DNA from: Eledone cirrhosa
Lineage: Eukaryota
DNA: 64,000 nucleotides
NCBI GenBank assembly: GCA_964016885.1
Contig: OZ024743.1
Coordinates: 194,990,001-195,054,000 of the forward strand
Direction of reading: 5' to 3'
Part shown: in pieces, positions 52,601-64,000 of the stretch
Layout: every line of letters begins with the position of its first letter
Position numbering within the stretch: the first letter of the stretch is position 1
Translations under genes and position numbers: made by a program
The notes under the pieces: generated by a model
The model's database searches: none
What the model was told of the DNA's origin: nothing
What the model saw: only the letters and a program-made list of their open reading frames with translations

Positions 52601-54249
52601 GTAGGAAGTTACTAATGGATACCATTTAATTCATTACTGTTCATTCAGTTCTGTCTTGTTTGGAGGGTGAGAAACTGTAATTTCCGAACACTAATACATA
52701 GGTGTTGAATAAAAAGTTTCTAATAAAGTAGGTTTTAGTAAGCAATGTTCCAATAAACCTTTCGCCTGACTGTACAGTAGTTCTTTTAATTAACATTTCT
52801 TATTCAAATAATCTGCTCAATTGATTTCTACTTCGCTCGAAGGAAATAAAGTAACACAGTGGGGTGAAAAGGTGAGAAAAAATCCTGATAGTTGAACCAT
52901 TAAAAAAGCTAAAAGTAAATATACATTCCGATGCTTGATATTTCATTGTACAGACGAACATTTTTTTTTTCTTTTGTTCAATGAGAAAAAAATGTTGATA
53001 ATGTTTATCTGTGGTTTTTCCTAAAGGTTATTATCATCTCTATGTGCACTTCTCATTCAAGCGGCAATTAGATATATAACATAGTATACTAGAATGTGCA
53101 ATAGCAATGTTTCACCGACAAGACAGAACTAGTATTGATACGAAGAAACTAATTCGTTGAACTTTTGTACTATTCTTACACATGTATCTCCTTCCTCTGC
53201 GCTTCTGTGATTATTTTGTGCGTGTATTTTTCAAGATACCAAATCTTTATAGGAAAGTACTAGTTGAACAGAAGGAGAGTTACAAATGTTTAGTATAAAC
53301 ACTTCAAAAAGAGAAGCAGAAAGTAAAAACAAAGAAGGTACTCAGCTGTGAATATTTGGTATGGAATATTTGCTGGGCGTAATCAGTGCTGCAGTGAGTA
53401 GATAGTAATTTAGTCTTAATATAGCAAAGCTGGGGGCATTCTCATTACATTTAAAAAAATAAAAACCAACGAATATCTATCGGAAATTATTTTGAAAGAC
53501 GTTAATGTAGGAAAGGTGCCTGAAAACACGATGCTACAAATAAATAGACTGATCAAAGGAATTAGTTACTGATGCATCGTTTGATAAGCAGTCCCCCTTC
53601 TCTTTTTCCATATGTTTTGTTAACCATCTATTTTCTCTGTTTCCTGAATGGCGTTAATCTTTAATACATTCAATATGGTTTTATGAACGCTACAATCAGA
53701 ACCTTTACTGTAACTATGCGATTAGCATTTCTGCTAATGATACTAAAACTTATTGAAACTCTCACAGCTATATACATTAATACACACATGCACATTTACA
53801 CACACACATACATACATATATACATGTGTATGTGTCTTTTACATACAGCTTCCACAGCTAGACATTCTTTGTATCAGCTATCAAGTAGGTATCTCAATAA
53901 TTTCAGCACCTCCCGAGAGGATATTTTCTGCGTAGGCTTTTGTTAGAATCCTTCTGCAATATCCATAACGAAACATTTTCTGCTTCCAGCTATTAAGTGG
54001 AATATATTTTTTACAGAGAGGGCCTTCGTCGGCCTTGTTTGGCCATGTGTTTGGCACCCGTGCCTGACGGTCATTGGATTTGCAGCACCGAGGCAAAAAC
54101 CTGGGTAGACTGTGGACGACTTATTTTCCCCTATATAAGCCAGCCTCCACTCTCCAGGAAAAAAATGTAGTTTTGGGCAAAGAAATAGAGCATTTCAGCT
54201 CGGCCCCACCGTCCTCGCAAAACATTTTTTCTCTGGATGAATGGATTAC

Positions 54250-54345
54250 AGTTCAGAGACCGAACGCACCACCCAGGACTGGTGTCGAACTCACAACTTT
54301 ATGATCGGAAGTCCAGGACACTAACGATGATGACACAATCTTCAG
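54250..54345 (-). mobile_element. Decayed head of a different tRNA-derived SINE
   Basis: Minus strand GTTAGTGTCCTGGACT..GTGAGTTCGACACC B-box-like motif. Confidence 0.5.
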
Positions 54346-54729
54346 GTATAAATGCTTCAACTTGAAAATCTCGTTTGCTCCAAAATGGAATGATTATTGA
54401 GCAGAATCATCAATTACTGTTTAACTGGTTTCACTTATTGGAATCTGATCATGATGGGGCAGCGCCTATATTGATTTTATTTGAACATCGCCTCAACCCC
54501 AAATAATTTTCATGTCTAAAACCTGTAGGTTACGTGGCTTGAAAGGACGCAGCTTAAAGACAATGATTGCTAATTGGTGTAAATAAACACTGCCACGGAC
54601 TTAGATTCCCACGTGTCACACAAACACACAAACTGGAACACACACACACACATACACATACACATACACCCACATACACACCCACACTCACACACACATA
54701 CACACACACACACATATATATATATAAAT

Positions 54730-55645
54730 AAAGTGGTCCTTCATCAGTGATCTTCCAACCATCATCGGTATTTCTTCGCTTTAAAGACCATATACCTCCG
54801 GTTGGTGCGAGCAACGGCTAAAAAAAGTCGGTGGGACACGTAAAAAAGGGAACAGCGAGAGTGTGAACAAACAAAGATGGTGAAGCAACGAAAGGTGAGG
54901 AAGAACGTGTCAAGTCCCAAATTTCCATGAATATACGTTCGGTGAAATCGTGAACGAGATAGAATAAAGACCATCAAAGCTGGTTGGAATGTGAGCAAGG
55001 AAGGAATTCCGTACAGGTCTAACGGGAGGAAGAAGGAATCTAGTCTGTGAATTCGGTGAACATAAGTTCTGTGAAATCGTAGACGAGAGAGAGAAAAAAA
55101 GGGGAAACAGCCTGACCAAGCGTGGGAAAGAAGAGAATTACGCACAGGTCAAACGGGAAGAATAAGGAGGAGGAGAGGTAGTAACAGAGAGAGAGTGGGT
55201 GAAGGGTGAGGAAGAGGCTAACAGAGAGAGTGACTGTTAGAGAGGGTAAAGGTACAGAGAAAGAGGAAGCAGTAAGAACGAAATAGACGGGTCACAGCGG
55301 GGGAAAAAATATGTGTAAATATGAGAATAAACGTGCTGCGAGGTTGCAAATGGGTTACATATGAGTAAAGTGGTCCTTAATCAGTGATTTTCCAACCATC
55401 ATCGGTATTTCTTCGCTTTAAAGACCATATATCTCCGGTTGGTGCGAGCAACGGCTAAAAAAAGTCGTTTGGACACGTAAAAAAAGGGAACAGCGATAAT
55501 GTAAACAAACAAAGATGGTGAAGCAACGAAAAGTGAGGAAGAACGAGTCAAGTCCCAAATTTCCATGAATATAATTTCGGTGAAATCGTGAACGAGAGAG
55601 AATAAAGACCATCAAACCTGGTTGAAATGTCAGCAAGGAAGGAAA
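54730..55645. repeat. Partial-tandem element, ~637 bp period with ~275 bp repeated
   Basis: 54730-55005 recurs at 55367-55643; internal sub-repeats GTGAAATCGT..ACGAGA; (TA)-rich flanks. Confidence 0.8.
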
Positions 55646-55779
55646 TATATATATACATATATACATATATACATATATATCCAGAGGGTGTAACATGAAG
55701 TTACTATAGGTTCACCCGGGTGAGCACTCGATGTTTGGTTTCAGGTTAGTGGCGAGGTCTAGAGCTAGACAGAGTGTAA

Positions 55780-56032
55780 TATATGATACAAGGACGATTT
55801 GTTAAGGCTTCATTACTTTCATTCATTGCTGACGCACGTTTCGCTATTGATAACCTTTTCAGTCATTACTACAGAATTTCTGTCATTACTACAACAGAGG
55901 TCCGACGAGCCTTTGATTCCTGAGTCGCGCCAGATCGATACAGATCGAACGTTGTGCTGATCAATAGCGAAACGTGCGTCGCCGATCAATAAACGCGTAA
56001 TGAAGGCTTATCAAATCGTCCTTGTATTATAT
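55780..56032 (+). mobile_element. Small foldback element with long-stem-II hammerhead-like motif
   Basis: 55781-55851 inverted at 55960-56032; GGT-CCGACGA-GCCTTTGAT..ATCAATAGC-GAAA-CGTGCG-TC-GCC. Confidence 0.65.
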
Positions 56033-56052
56033 ATATATATATATATATATAT

Positions 56053-59000
56053 ATCCTGGGTATGACATTAAACTACATCCAGTGGCAAGGCTCCAGTTCG
56101 GGAGTTCAGGAGATGTGGGGAATGTGGAGTTACCCCTTAGTTGTCATGACTCCCAGGTCTGCCCTGGCCCGGGGTGGTAGTACCTGTTAGGGCTCCATTT
56201 ATGGGTTAAATAACTACCTTATTCGAGTGGCGCCGGTAAGGTATTGTCAGCCATTGAAAAGAAATATGGAGAGTCGATCTAACAGCACTAGGGTTAGAGC
56301 CCCTAATTACACTGTCAAGGAGCAGCCTGGTCGTTATGACTCTGCTGGCTTAGAGCCACAGAGAGGGCCAGTGGATGATGGATCAGCTGTCTCTCAGACA
56401 AATATAAAGAATGCAGTTTTGTCCTGCAGAAGAGCCATCAAAATGTGCACTTTGAATGTGAGGACTATTCGAACGCTGGAGAAGAGAGAGGAGTTGGAAC
56501 ATCTGTTCGAGGAGAGTGGTATACATATACTTGCGATCCAAGAACACAGGATTCTACACGATGAGCCCGTGAGGAGTGTGATGATCGGGAGGAAGAGCCA
56601 GCTCATCACTACATCGGCAGTGAAGAACACAACAAATGCTGCAGTAGGAGGAGTGGGTTTTGTGTTCAGTGCAAAAACCAATCTGTTGGTGAGGGAAATA
56701 ATGCCTATCTCCCCGCGAGTGTTGAGGGTGACCTTCAATGGAAACCCAAGACTGACAGTCATCTCAGCCTATAGTCCAACCGAGGGGGACAGTGATGTGA
56801 ATGCCGAGGAGTTCCATGAGGAGGTGTGTAGAGCTGTCAACACCACTCAGGCACACAATATCCTGCTTGTTTTGGGGGACTTCAATTCACATCTGAGTAA
56901 GGAGGGCAGTGAAGATCCTTGCTGGTACTTCCATAACAACACCAACCGAAATGGAAGACTACTGAGAGACACCCTGCTGGAGGCGAACTTGATGGCGACC
57001 AACCTAAGGTTTAGGAAGAATCTGGGGAAGATGTGGACCTACATCTCAGATATGCACCTGTCCAAGTCCCAAATTGATTTCATTCTGGTGAGGAAAAAGT
57101 GGCGGAATAGTGTTCTGAACACGGAACCATACAGCTATTTCAGTACACTGGGTAGTGACCACCGGCTTGTTATGAGTGAGGTCCGCGTGAGCTTAAGAAA
57201 GAGCAAGGCTCAGCCCCGGAGAACAATCTATGACTGGGGAGCTTTCAAGGAAGATGATAAGCTACAGGAGAGGTTCACAGTGGAAGTGAGAAACAGGTTT
57301 AGTGCTCTGTGTGGAGAGTCAGAGGAGAGAGAGATTGGATGGACTGAGGAGAGTGTGACGAGGAGGTACGGGCACTTCACCAATGCAGTGGCGAAAGCAA
57401 GTGAAACCCTGGTGCCGAGGAAAAAGAACAAAGGGAAGCAGGTCAGCTCTGCAAACCCAAAAGTGTGTGCAGCCAGAGAACACCTGAAAGCTGCCAGGGA
57501 TCAATTCTATGCTGATCCTATGGAGGAGAGGATGGAGACTGTGGAGGTGATGAGGGAAGAGCTCTGTACCGCTTACACTGAGGTCAGAGAGGAGGCGCTG
57601 ATAGAGAAGATCAGAAGTGTGGAGAGAGCGGTTGACAGATCTGGATGTAAGGAGAGCTGGATGATCATCAACGAGATCACAGGGAGGAAGAAAAGGTGTT
57701 CGAGTCAGATCCAGGGAACGGGGCCCGAGGATAGGAAGAGGAAATGGCTAGACCATTTTAGGACCCTACTAGGAGAACCACCCTCCACAGCCCAGAGCAC
57801 TGGGGAGATCAGGCGGCTGTTTGAGGAACTGGATGTTGAGACAGAGCCCTTCACCAGAGAGGAGCTTCAGAGAGCCAAGAAGAAGATCAAGGAGGGCAAG
57901 GCTCATGTAGAAGATGGAGTGGCATCAGATGTGATGGAGAGGTGTGATTTTGATGATATCATCCTGGGGTTCTGTAACGGGGCACTGGAGAAATGAGTTG
58001 CCCCGAATCAGTGGAGGATCAGTAACATCGTCCCAGTGCCAAAGAAGGGAGATCTCTCTAACACCAACAACTACCGGGGGATCTCACTGACGTCACTTGT
58101 GGCAAAGACCCTCAACAGGATGATTCTTAACAGGATCCAGCCTGAGATGGAGAAGAAGCTCAGGGACAACCAGAACGGCTTCAGAGAGGGTAGATCAACC
58201 ACCAGTCACATCCTGATGCTGAGGAGGATATTAGAGGGAGCTAGAGCAAAGTGCCTTCCTGCGGTCATGGTTTTCATTGACTTTAGGAAGGCCTTTGATT
58301 CTGTGGACCGTTACTGCCTGATGAAGATCTTACAGGCTTATGGAATCCCCAAGAGGATAGTGGACCTGATATCACTGCTCTACACCAACACCAAAGCCCA
58401 AGTCATTACACCTGATGGGATGACAGAGTTCTTTGAGATACTGGCTGGAGTGCTCCAGGGAGATACATTGGCTCCCTACCTTTTTATCATCGTAGTGGAC
58501 TATTGTATGCGCCTTGCACTGGAGAAACACCAGGACACTCGCTTTACTGTAGCACCGGCTCAGAGCATGAGACTAAATGAATGAGACTAAAACAAAATAT
58601 CTGGTAGAGAATGTTGAGAAGCCAAAGGGGTTCACTAATGTAGGTGGGAAGCCGCTGGAATTGGTTGAGGACTTCCTGTATTTGGGAGCAGAGATTGGGA
58701 ATACGGAAGATGATGTGGTTGAGAGGAAGAGCAAGGCCTGGGCGGCGTGTCACAGCTTGAGATCGGTGTGGAAGTCGGACCTTCGTAGAGACCTGAAAAT
58801 CCGCCTCTTCATTGCTGTAGTGGAGTCTGTGCTGCTGTATGGGTCTGAGACTTGGACACTGACCAAGAGACTCACTCAGATGGTGGATGGGTGCTACCCG
58901 AGAATGCTGAGGATGGCTCTGAACATTAATCAGTATACACTGAGAATGAAAAACTCAGAGCTGTATGGGAGCATCCCAAAAGTCAGCTCAAAAGTGACAC

Positions 59001-59245
59001 AGAGGAGACTGAGGTTGGCTGGACATGCTCACCGACATCCAGAGTTGACATTGCACTCAGTGCTCCTTTGGGAGCCCCTACATGGACACACTAGAAGAGG
59101 AAGACCAAGGTTAACATATATTGATGCCCTAAGGACAGACACTGGTCTGTTGGAGATGCAGGATATGGCAGCGATAATGAGGGACAGAGACCGCTGGAGA
59201 GAACTCGTCCATGGATCTCGGGAATTTTACCCGCCTTAGATAGAT
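56053..59245 (+). mobile_element. Near-full-length RTE-type LINE (APE endonuclease plus RT), inactivated
   Basis: Single-ORF organisation with short 5' UTR; CTLNVRT, LAIQEH, GDFN, IDFILV, SDH; NYRGISL, FIDFRKAFDS, GVLQGDTLAP; RLAGH..RRGRP; (TAGA) tail; inserted in (TA)n. Confidence 0.93.
56266..59239 (+). pseudogene. RTE EN-RT ORF with in-frame TGA at 57994-57996 and deletion/frameshift at ~58570 removing the (Y/F)ADD motif
   Basis: ORFs 56227-57996 and 58036-58584 share a frame; 58577-59239 is shifted; no xADD motif between QGD and NxxKT. Confidence 0.88.
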
Positions 59246-59489
59246 ATATATATATACAGTGGTGGACTGGCCAGCGTGCCCAATGGCAAGTGGGCCCGAA
59301 GTGCCCCACGGTAGCATTGCAGTGCCCACTGTGGAATCCCAGGGGCCAATTGCTTTGCTTTCAAAAAATACCTGAAGTCTAAGAGAAAGAATACATTAAA
59401 AAAATAAATAAATAAAAGAATTAAACAAAACATTTGGTCAACCAATTCTCCAGGGAATTAATAGAAATCAAAATATACGTTAGTGCAAA

Positions 59490-60320
59490 TAGGCCTTGGC
59501 CTCCGGCCCCCGATCTCCCTGGCTTTGTCGGCGTTTCTTTCGTCGGTAACCTCATGCTGCATCCTCGTCAGCAGGGTTCTCCAAGACACAATGTAACCCT
59601 CTGTGATCAGGGAAAGTGAGGCCCTCTGTGAGACGGGGGAGTGGCTGGGACATAACCCAGTAGACGTCCCTCCTCCTTTTCCGTCTGCTGACGTCCAACC
59701 CTCCCCCAAAGTATTTTGGATGCCATACAGTGCAGCATGGTCTCAGACAGGCTCAGGCGCCATCTGGACCAGCACCGCTTTGCTTGTTTTCGTGCGGCCT
59801 CCAAACGCCACAGTGGTGCCTGGCTCCAAGCCTTGCCCTGCTTCTCAACTGGCACATAGATGGAAAACCACAGCCTGCGCACCAGCATTTCCTTGAGGCT
59901 TGGCCTCCGGATCTGCGAGCCACACCAATGTCTATGGATCCACCATGGACACTTTCGACCTCACCCGCTTCCTGTCGCCATAGTGCCGGCCGCCTTCTAT
60001 GCCATGCTGCCCTCAACGAGGTCATAAAGCATGGCTTCCCTTCCCAGCTCAAGCTGGTGTGGTTGGACCGAGGGGACGGCAAAAGGCCAGATCGTATAAC
60101 CATCTTCCCGTTCCGAGGTGGCAAACCCCTCGTCTGAGATGCCACTTGTACCACTTTCTCCAGCCGCAACCTGGTGCAGTGTGCGACTAACCCGGGCTCT
60201 GCTGCATGTCGAGCTGAGGAGGCCAAACTCTCCAAATACCGGTCGCTCTCCGACAGGTTTGCGGTCGTACACTTGGCAGTGGAGAATTCTGGTTCTCCTC
60301 GGCTATATGGCAACCAATTA
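59490..60320 (+). pseudogene. CRE-clade retrotransposon fragment inside the TIR element
   Basis: GLGLR..LALSAFLSS; HSGAWLQALP..SLRLGLRICEPHQC; HAALNEVIK..RGDGKRPD..GKPLV*DATC..AEEAKLSKY. Confidence 0.82.
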
Positions 60321-60646
60321 TTGTAAGTTTGAATCTAACTGACATGCAAAAAAATATATATAGGAATAAGGTAAGCCTAAATCATAGTAGATTCAAATAT
60401 CACAGAGAGAACGAGAGAGAGGGAGGGAATGAGGTGCAACAGAAATGAAACATGGATTACAGATTAAAATATAGTCTAGATAGATGTGAAACAAAACGAG
60501 GATGTAGTTTATGGAACACCCAAATTATTTAGAAATCGACCTTAAGTAAGAGCAATAACATTAAGAAAGACATGAACGACACCACAACACTTTGTTTTGA
60601 AAATGTTGAAAGTAGCTTTATAAGTATGAATTTTCATAAGATTTTC

Positions 60647-60878
60647 GTAGTTGTCTCTGTGGCCTAGTGGTTGGTACTAGAGACGGTGAAGATCCTGCCC
60701 TTGGGTTCAAAGCGGGTCAAGAGGCACATGTAACCTTTTTTTTTCAGTTTTTATTTTACAACGAATAGTAAAAACCTTGAAACGGTTTACCGGGAACCCT
60801 ACTACAGACCAGGATCAAACTTCAAACCAGGATCACCACCGTCTATGATTCCTCCAACTAGGCCGCCGAGACAGCTAC
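60647..60878. other. Convergent pair of tRNA-like (Pol III-type) sequences
   Basis: Plus GTAGTTGTCTCTGTGGCCTAGTGG..GACGGTG..GATCCTG..GGTTCAAA; minus GTAGCTGTCTCGGCGGCCTAGTTGG..GACGGTG..GATCCTG..AGTTTGATCC; T-runs downstream of each. Confidence 0.55.
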
Positions 60879-61193
60879 AAATGTATAATGAAAATTGATA
60901 ATTATAAACCTAATTTCCAAATCAAACTACATGGCTTTCCTAGAGCTATTAGTAATATTTATGGTCGACTTCTGGTCATTATTGAAAGTCTCTGGATTTC
61001 GCAAAACACATAATATTTTTGATTGGAGAAGTAAGATATTTTTCCGCAAAATATTAATTGCACAGTTTTGTTTCCACTTATGTATATTTCGAAAATGTTA
61101 TTTATTCATTATAACTATTAAATGAGACCATTCTATATGTAGGTGGGCCTTCATCTCCTGGCAATCAATATTTTTAGACCCAGTCCACCACTG

Positions 61194-61234
<41 letters not shown>

Positions 61235-62199
61235 AGTAAGTATGTTTTGAAACAGTGAGCGAGCTTGAAATTAGAAAATATATATATATATATATGTGTG
61301 GGTGTGTGTGTGTGTAAAAGATAAACAGAAGACGTAAATAACAGAATAAAAGACCAGGACATGGAAGAACTATATTAGTTTAACGATTGTGAAATAGCAG
61401 GAAGGGGGATATGTTGAAAATTTATAAGCATAATAATAAAAATAAAATATTAATGATGGTACGTCTCCATGCATGAGGCAGAATCGTATTTATCACATAT
61501 ATTTTTGTTGATTTATACTCAAATTTTACCGAAGTAAACGTGTAATTCATCCAGCCTAGATGAAGCAACTTCTGTAGAAGACATTTGCGCAATGTGCTGT
61601 GCAATGGCTTCTGAACTAGAAACACTACATAAATTATTTTTATGTGATATTTAAGAAGAAAATGACTATAAAGAAGTCTGCTCTATTGAGTATAAATAAC
61701 AGAGAGTCCCACATCCCATGCTGGAGGCATGAAATTTCAGATTCAATTCCACTAGAATTGATTTGCTCGAATTGGAAATCTCTAACCCGAAGAAAAAAAA
61801 TGAAGTAAAATTGCTCAACCTAGGAATATTACAGCTTGCCCGGGGAATATCACCATGCAAATGTGTTTTAAGTGATAATATCGATTTCTATCATGTGTAC
61901 AACACATTGTGGGGAAGGGCTGCAATCGATTTAATCGATAATCAGTTATTGACTGGAACATATTCTTTCTACCCCAAAGAATTATATTCAAATTTACCCA
62001 TGGAAGAATTTTGAATCAGAATTTAAAGGGACATACCTAAATAGATTGGATTCAGAACACTGTAACCTTTCTGCTAACCACATTTCTGTACTAACTATAT
62101 TTAAATTATAATTAATGTTTGCACTTTCGTTCCATATATTATAGTGTGATTACAATGTTGTTTGTTTACATCGCATTTGTTCATAAACATGCACAAGTA

Positions 62200-63453
62200 C
62201 AGGGATGCACAGTTCTTTGGCAACATTTTCATGAATTTAGTAAAAAAAACGCATGCATAATGACAAAAGGTCTTTATTTGAGAAAATTTGGCGTGGCATG
62301 AAAAATCTTGATGCGCTTCTTCACGCATCCACTCAATAAATACACCGATATAATTAATGGCTGCTTCAATATGAGATTGGAAACGTTGGCATGCTTGAAT
62401 CAGATGACCTTTATCTCTTTTGGACATTGTGCTGCTTATGTCGGATGATTTCAGAGATTTATAGTGTTATGGGCGTTAGATGACATCCTCTCGATTAAGT
62501 CCCATATATAATAGACGAATGGATTAAGTTCTGGAGAACTAGGAAGATATGTGTTAGGGTGATGTGATCACAGAGAACGTATCTCATCCTTTCTTGCGTC
62601 GTCGTGGCCTTATGAGATGACTCAGAATTTTGTGGGCATGTGTATTGTCTTCCACTGCTCACGCTCTCTCTCTCTCTCCAAGGCCTCACAGCCCTTTCCA
62701 ACACCTCCTTATACTCAGCAGCATTTGCTTTTAAACCGCAAGGAAAGACGTGAGGAGACATTACATCTTCCTCGTTGTTTCCGACTCCCAGTACCATCGC
62801 AGTTGCCAGAAATCTTGTGTATATGGCCGTTGGAACGTCTTTAGAGTGTCTGCATAACGATCAGTCATTCCTCGATTGTCCTTTTGATACAGAACAGTTT
62901 TTCGTATCAGAGAAAAACCAAAGTATTCCAGGCTTTTGATGCTGCATCTTGCTCAACGAGAGCTTTGCGCGGATCAGACTTTCTTCTGTTGTCTTTGCCA
63001 ATCTGCAGTCGCCTTTCCGTATCGCATATGATTCGTATTGAAATTCCTCATGCTCAGTTCTTCCGATAGTTTACCTTGAAAGCTTGAGCTCCATGGCAGT
63101 GATGCTAATTGACCTCCTCCGGTGGTTATTGATAATCTTTCAGCACCTTCCTTACAAATGTTGTTGTTTTGTTGACATTAGAACACTTAGCCGGCGTTTC
63201 ACGTTTCGCTACTTTAGAATAAACACTGTGAGCGGGCTCCAGATCCTTGTGAAATTTGACATCAAACGACTGTGCAACTTTCAGGAAGCGAGAAATCTCT
63301 AAATCCCTATGTTCTGTATTTAAGGCAATGATTACAGCATGCATTTTCATTTTATGTCTGTCACCATTTATCTGAAATGAAATACATACACACAAGTAAG
63401 AAAAAAAGTTATAGATATTAAAGGACGTGTCCTGAAAGAACTAAACAGCCCTG
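62200..63453 (-). mobile_element. Decayed Tc1/mariner-superfamily transposon (maT/DD37D-like)
   Basis: Imperfect TIR CAGGGxTGxxxAGTTCTTT; transposase relics MVLGV..MSPHVFPCGLK..SHKATTTQE, SPELNPFVYYIW and LIQACQRFQSHIEAAI. Confidence 0.82.
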
Positions 63454-64000
63454 CATATTCGGTGTTTTGCAATGAGCTTTAGCAGACATATTTCAAAAGC
63501 GAATTAATTCAATTCCATTTTATTACTACATTTCAATGACAAATTTAATTCTCGAAAGTTTCACAGCTACCTTTGAATAACTTTGCCGATAATGGTTTGA
63601 TTGCTAGAAGAATTTTATGGCTTCACTGCTTCTTCATAGTATGGCAGTGATTCGACACTTGCTAGGATTTAATTAATTAATTAAATATTTCTATTATTAA
63701 CCTGAGTATATGAACAAATACCGACATTTTATCACTACTACATACCTAATGATACAACATAGCAACTAAACAATCAGAGGTTGATGAGGAATTAACAATA
63801 GCAAATTAAGAAGAAAAAAATCTTCGAAATGCCATCCAAGTAATTTGAAGAAATCATCTAGCCCGCATACCGTCTATGTTGACCGAATAATGGAATAACA
63901 AAAAAGAATATTCTTTAACTGACTACATTACCTTAACTCAAATTTAAACACTCAGATATACAATTTCATATATTCCTTTTTCAGGGTTGTTTTCTATCGT

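Larger units (their letters stand above)
59257..61193. mobile_element. Non-autonomous hAT-like TIR DNA transposon (~1.94 kb)
   Basis: Perfect 14 bp TIR CAGTGGTGGACTGG/CCAGTCCACCACTG; flanks TATATATA/TATATACA; GGGCC subterminal motifs; no transposase seen. Confidence 0.78.

Noticed and set aside
53361-53400. ATG..MEYLLGVISAA followed by GTGAGT as a first coding exon
   Set aside because: A single donor-like hexamer with no supporting downstream exon; expected by chance in 64 kb
54745-54775. SECIS-like ATGA..AA..TGA on the minus strand
   Set aside because: Helix II is too short and there is no associated selenoprotein ORF

Overview
AT-rich eukaryotic, repeat-saturated intergenic or intronic DNA. 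The SINE, microsatellite and transposon content suggests an octopod cephalopod; this is an inference, not a database match. I found no host protein-coding gene that I can support, and most ORF-track entries are microsatellite or antisense artefacts. The window contains: about 20 copies or fragments of one tRNA-headed SINE; three Penelope-like (PLE) RT/GIY-YIG relics, two of them Naiad-like; a near-full-length disrupted RTE-type LINE; a (TATG)n-anchored nest alternating R4/Dong-clade elements with internally deleted RTE derivatives; a deleted mariner; a maT/Tc1-like relic; a hAT-like TIR element carrying a CRE fragment and two convergent tRNA-like units; L1/Tx1, CRE and Rex3-like fragments; and a U6 5' fragment with a target-site duplication (TSD). 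The main unannotated signal is a set of about 10 type-I hammerhead-ribozyme (HHR) motifs, some intact and some decayed. They sit in PLE terminal repeats and in several unrelated non-coding 0.3-0.5 kb units with PLE-like tandem/inverted architecture, nearly all next to (TA)n. This suggests a diverse retrozyme-like guild of non-autonomous elements mobilised by PLEs. All motifs and alignments were read by eye, so boundaries are approximate and family names need Dfam/Repbase/HMM confirmation.
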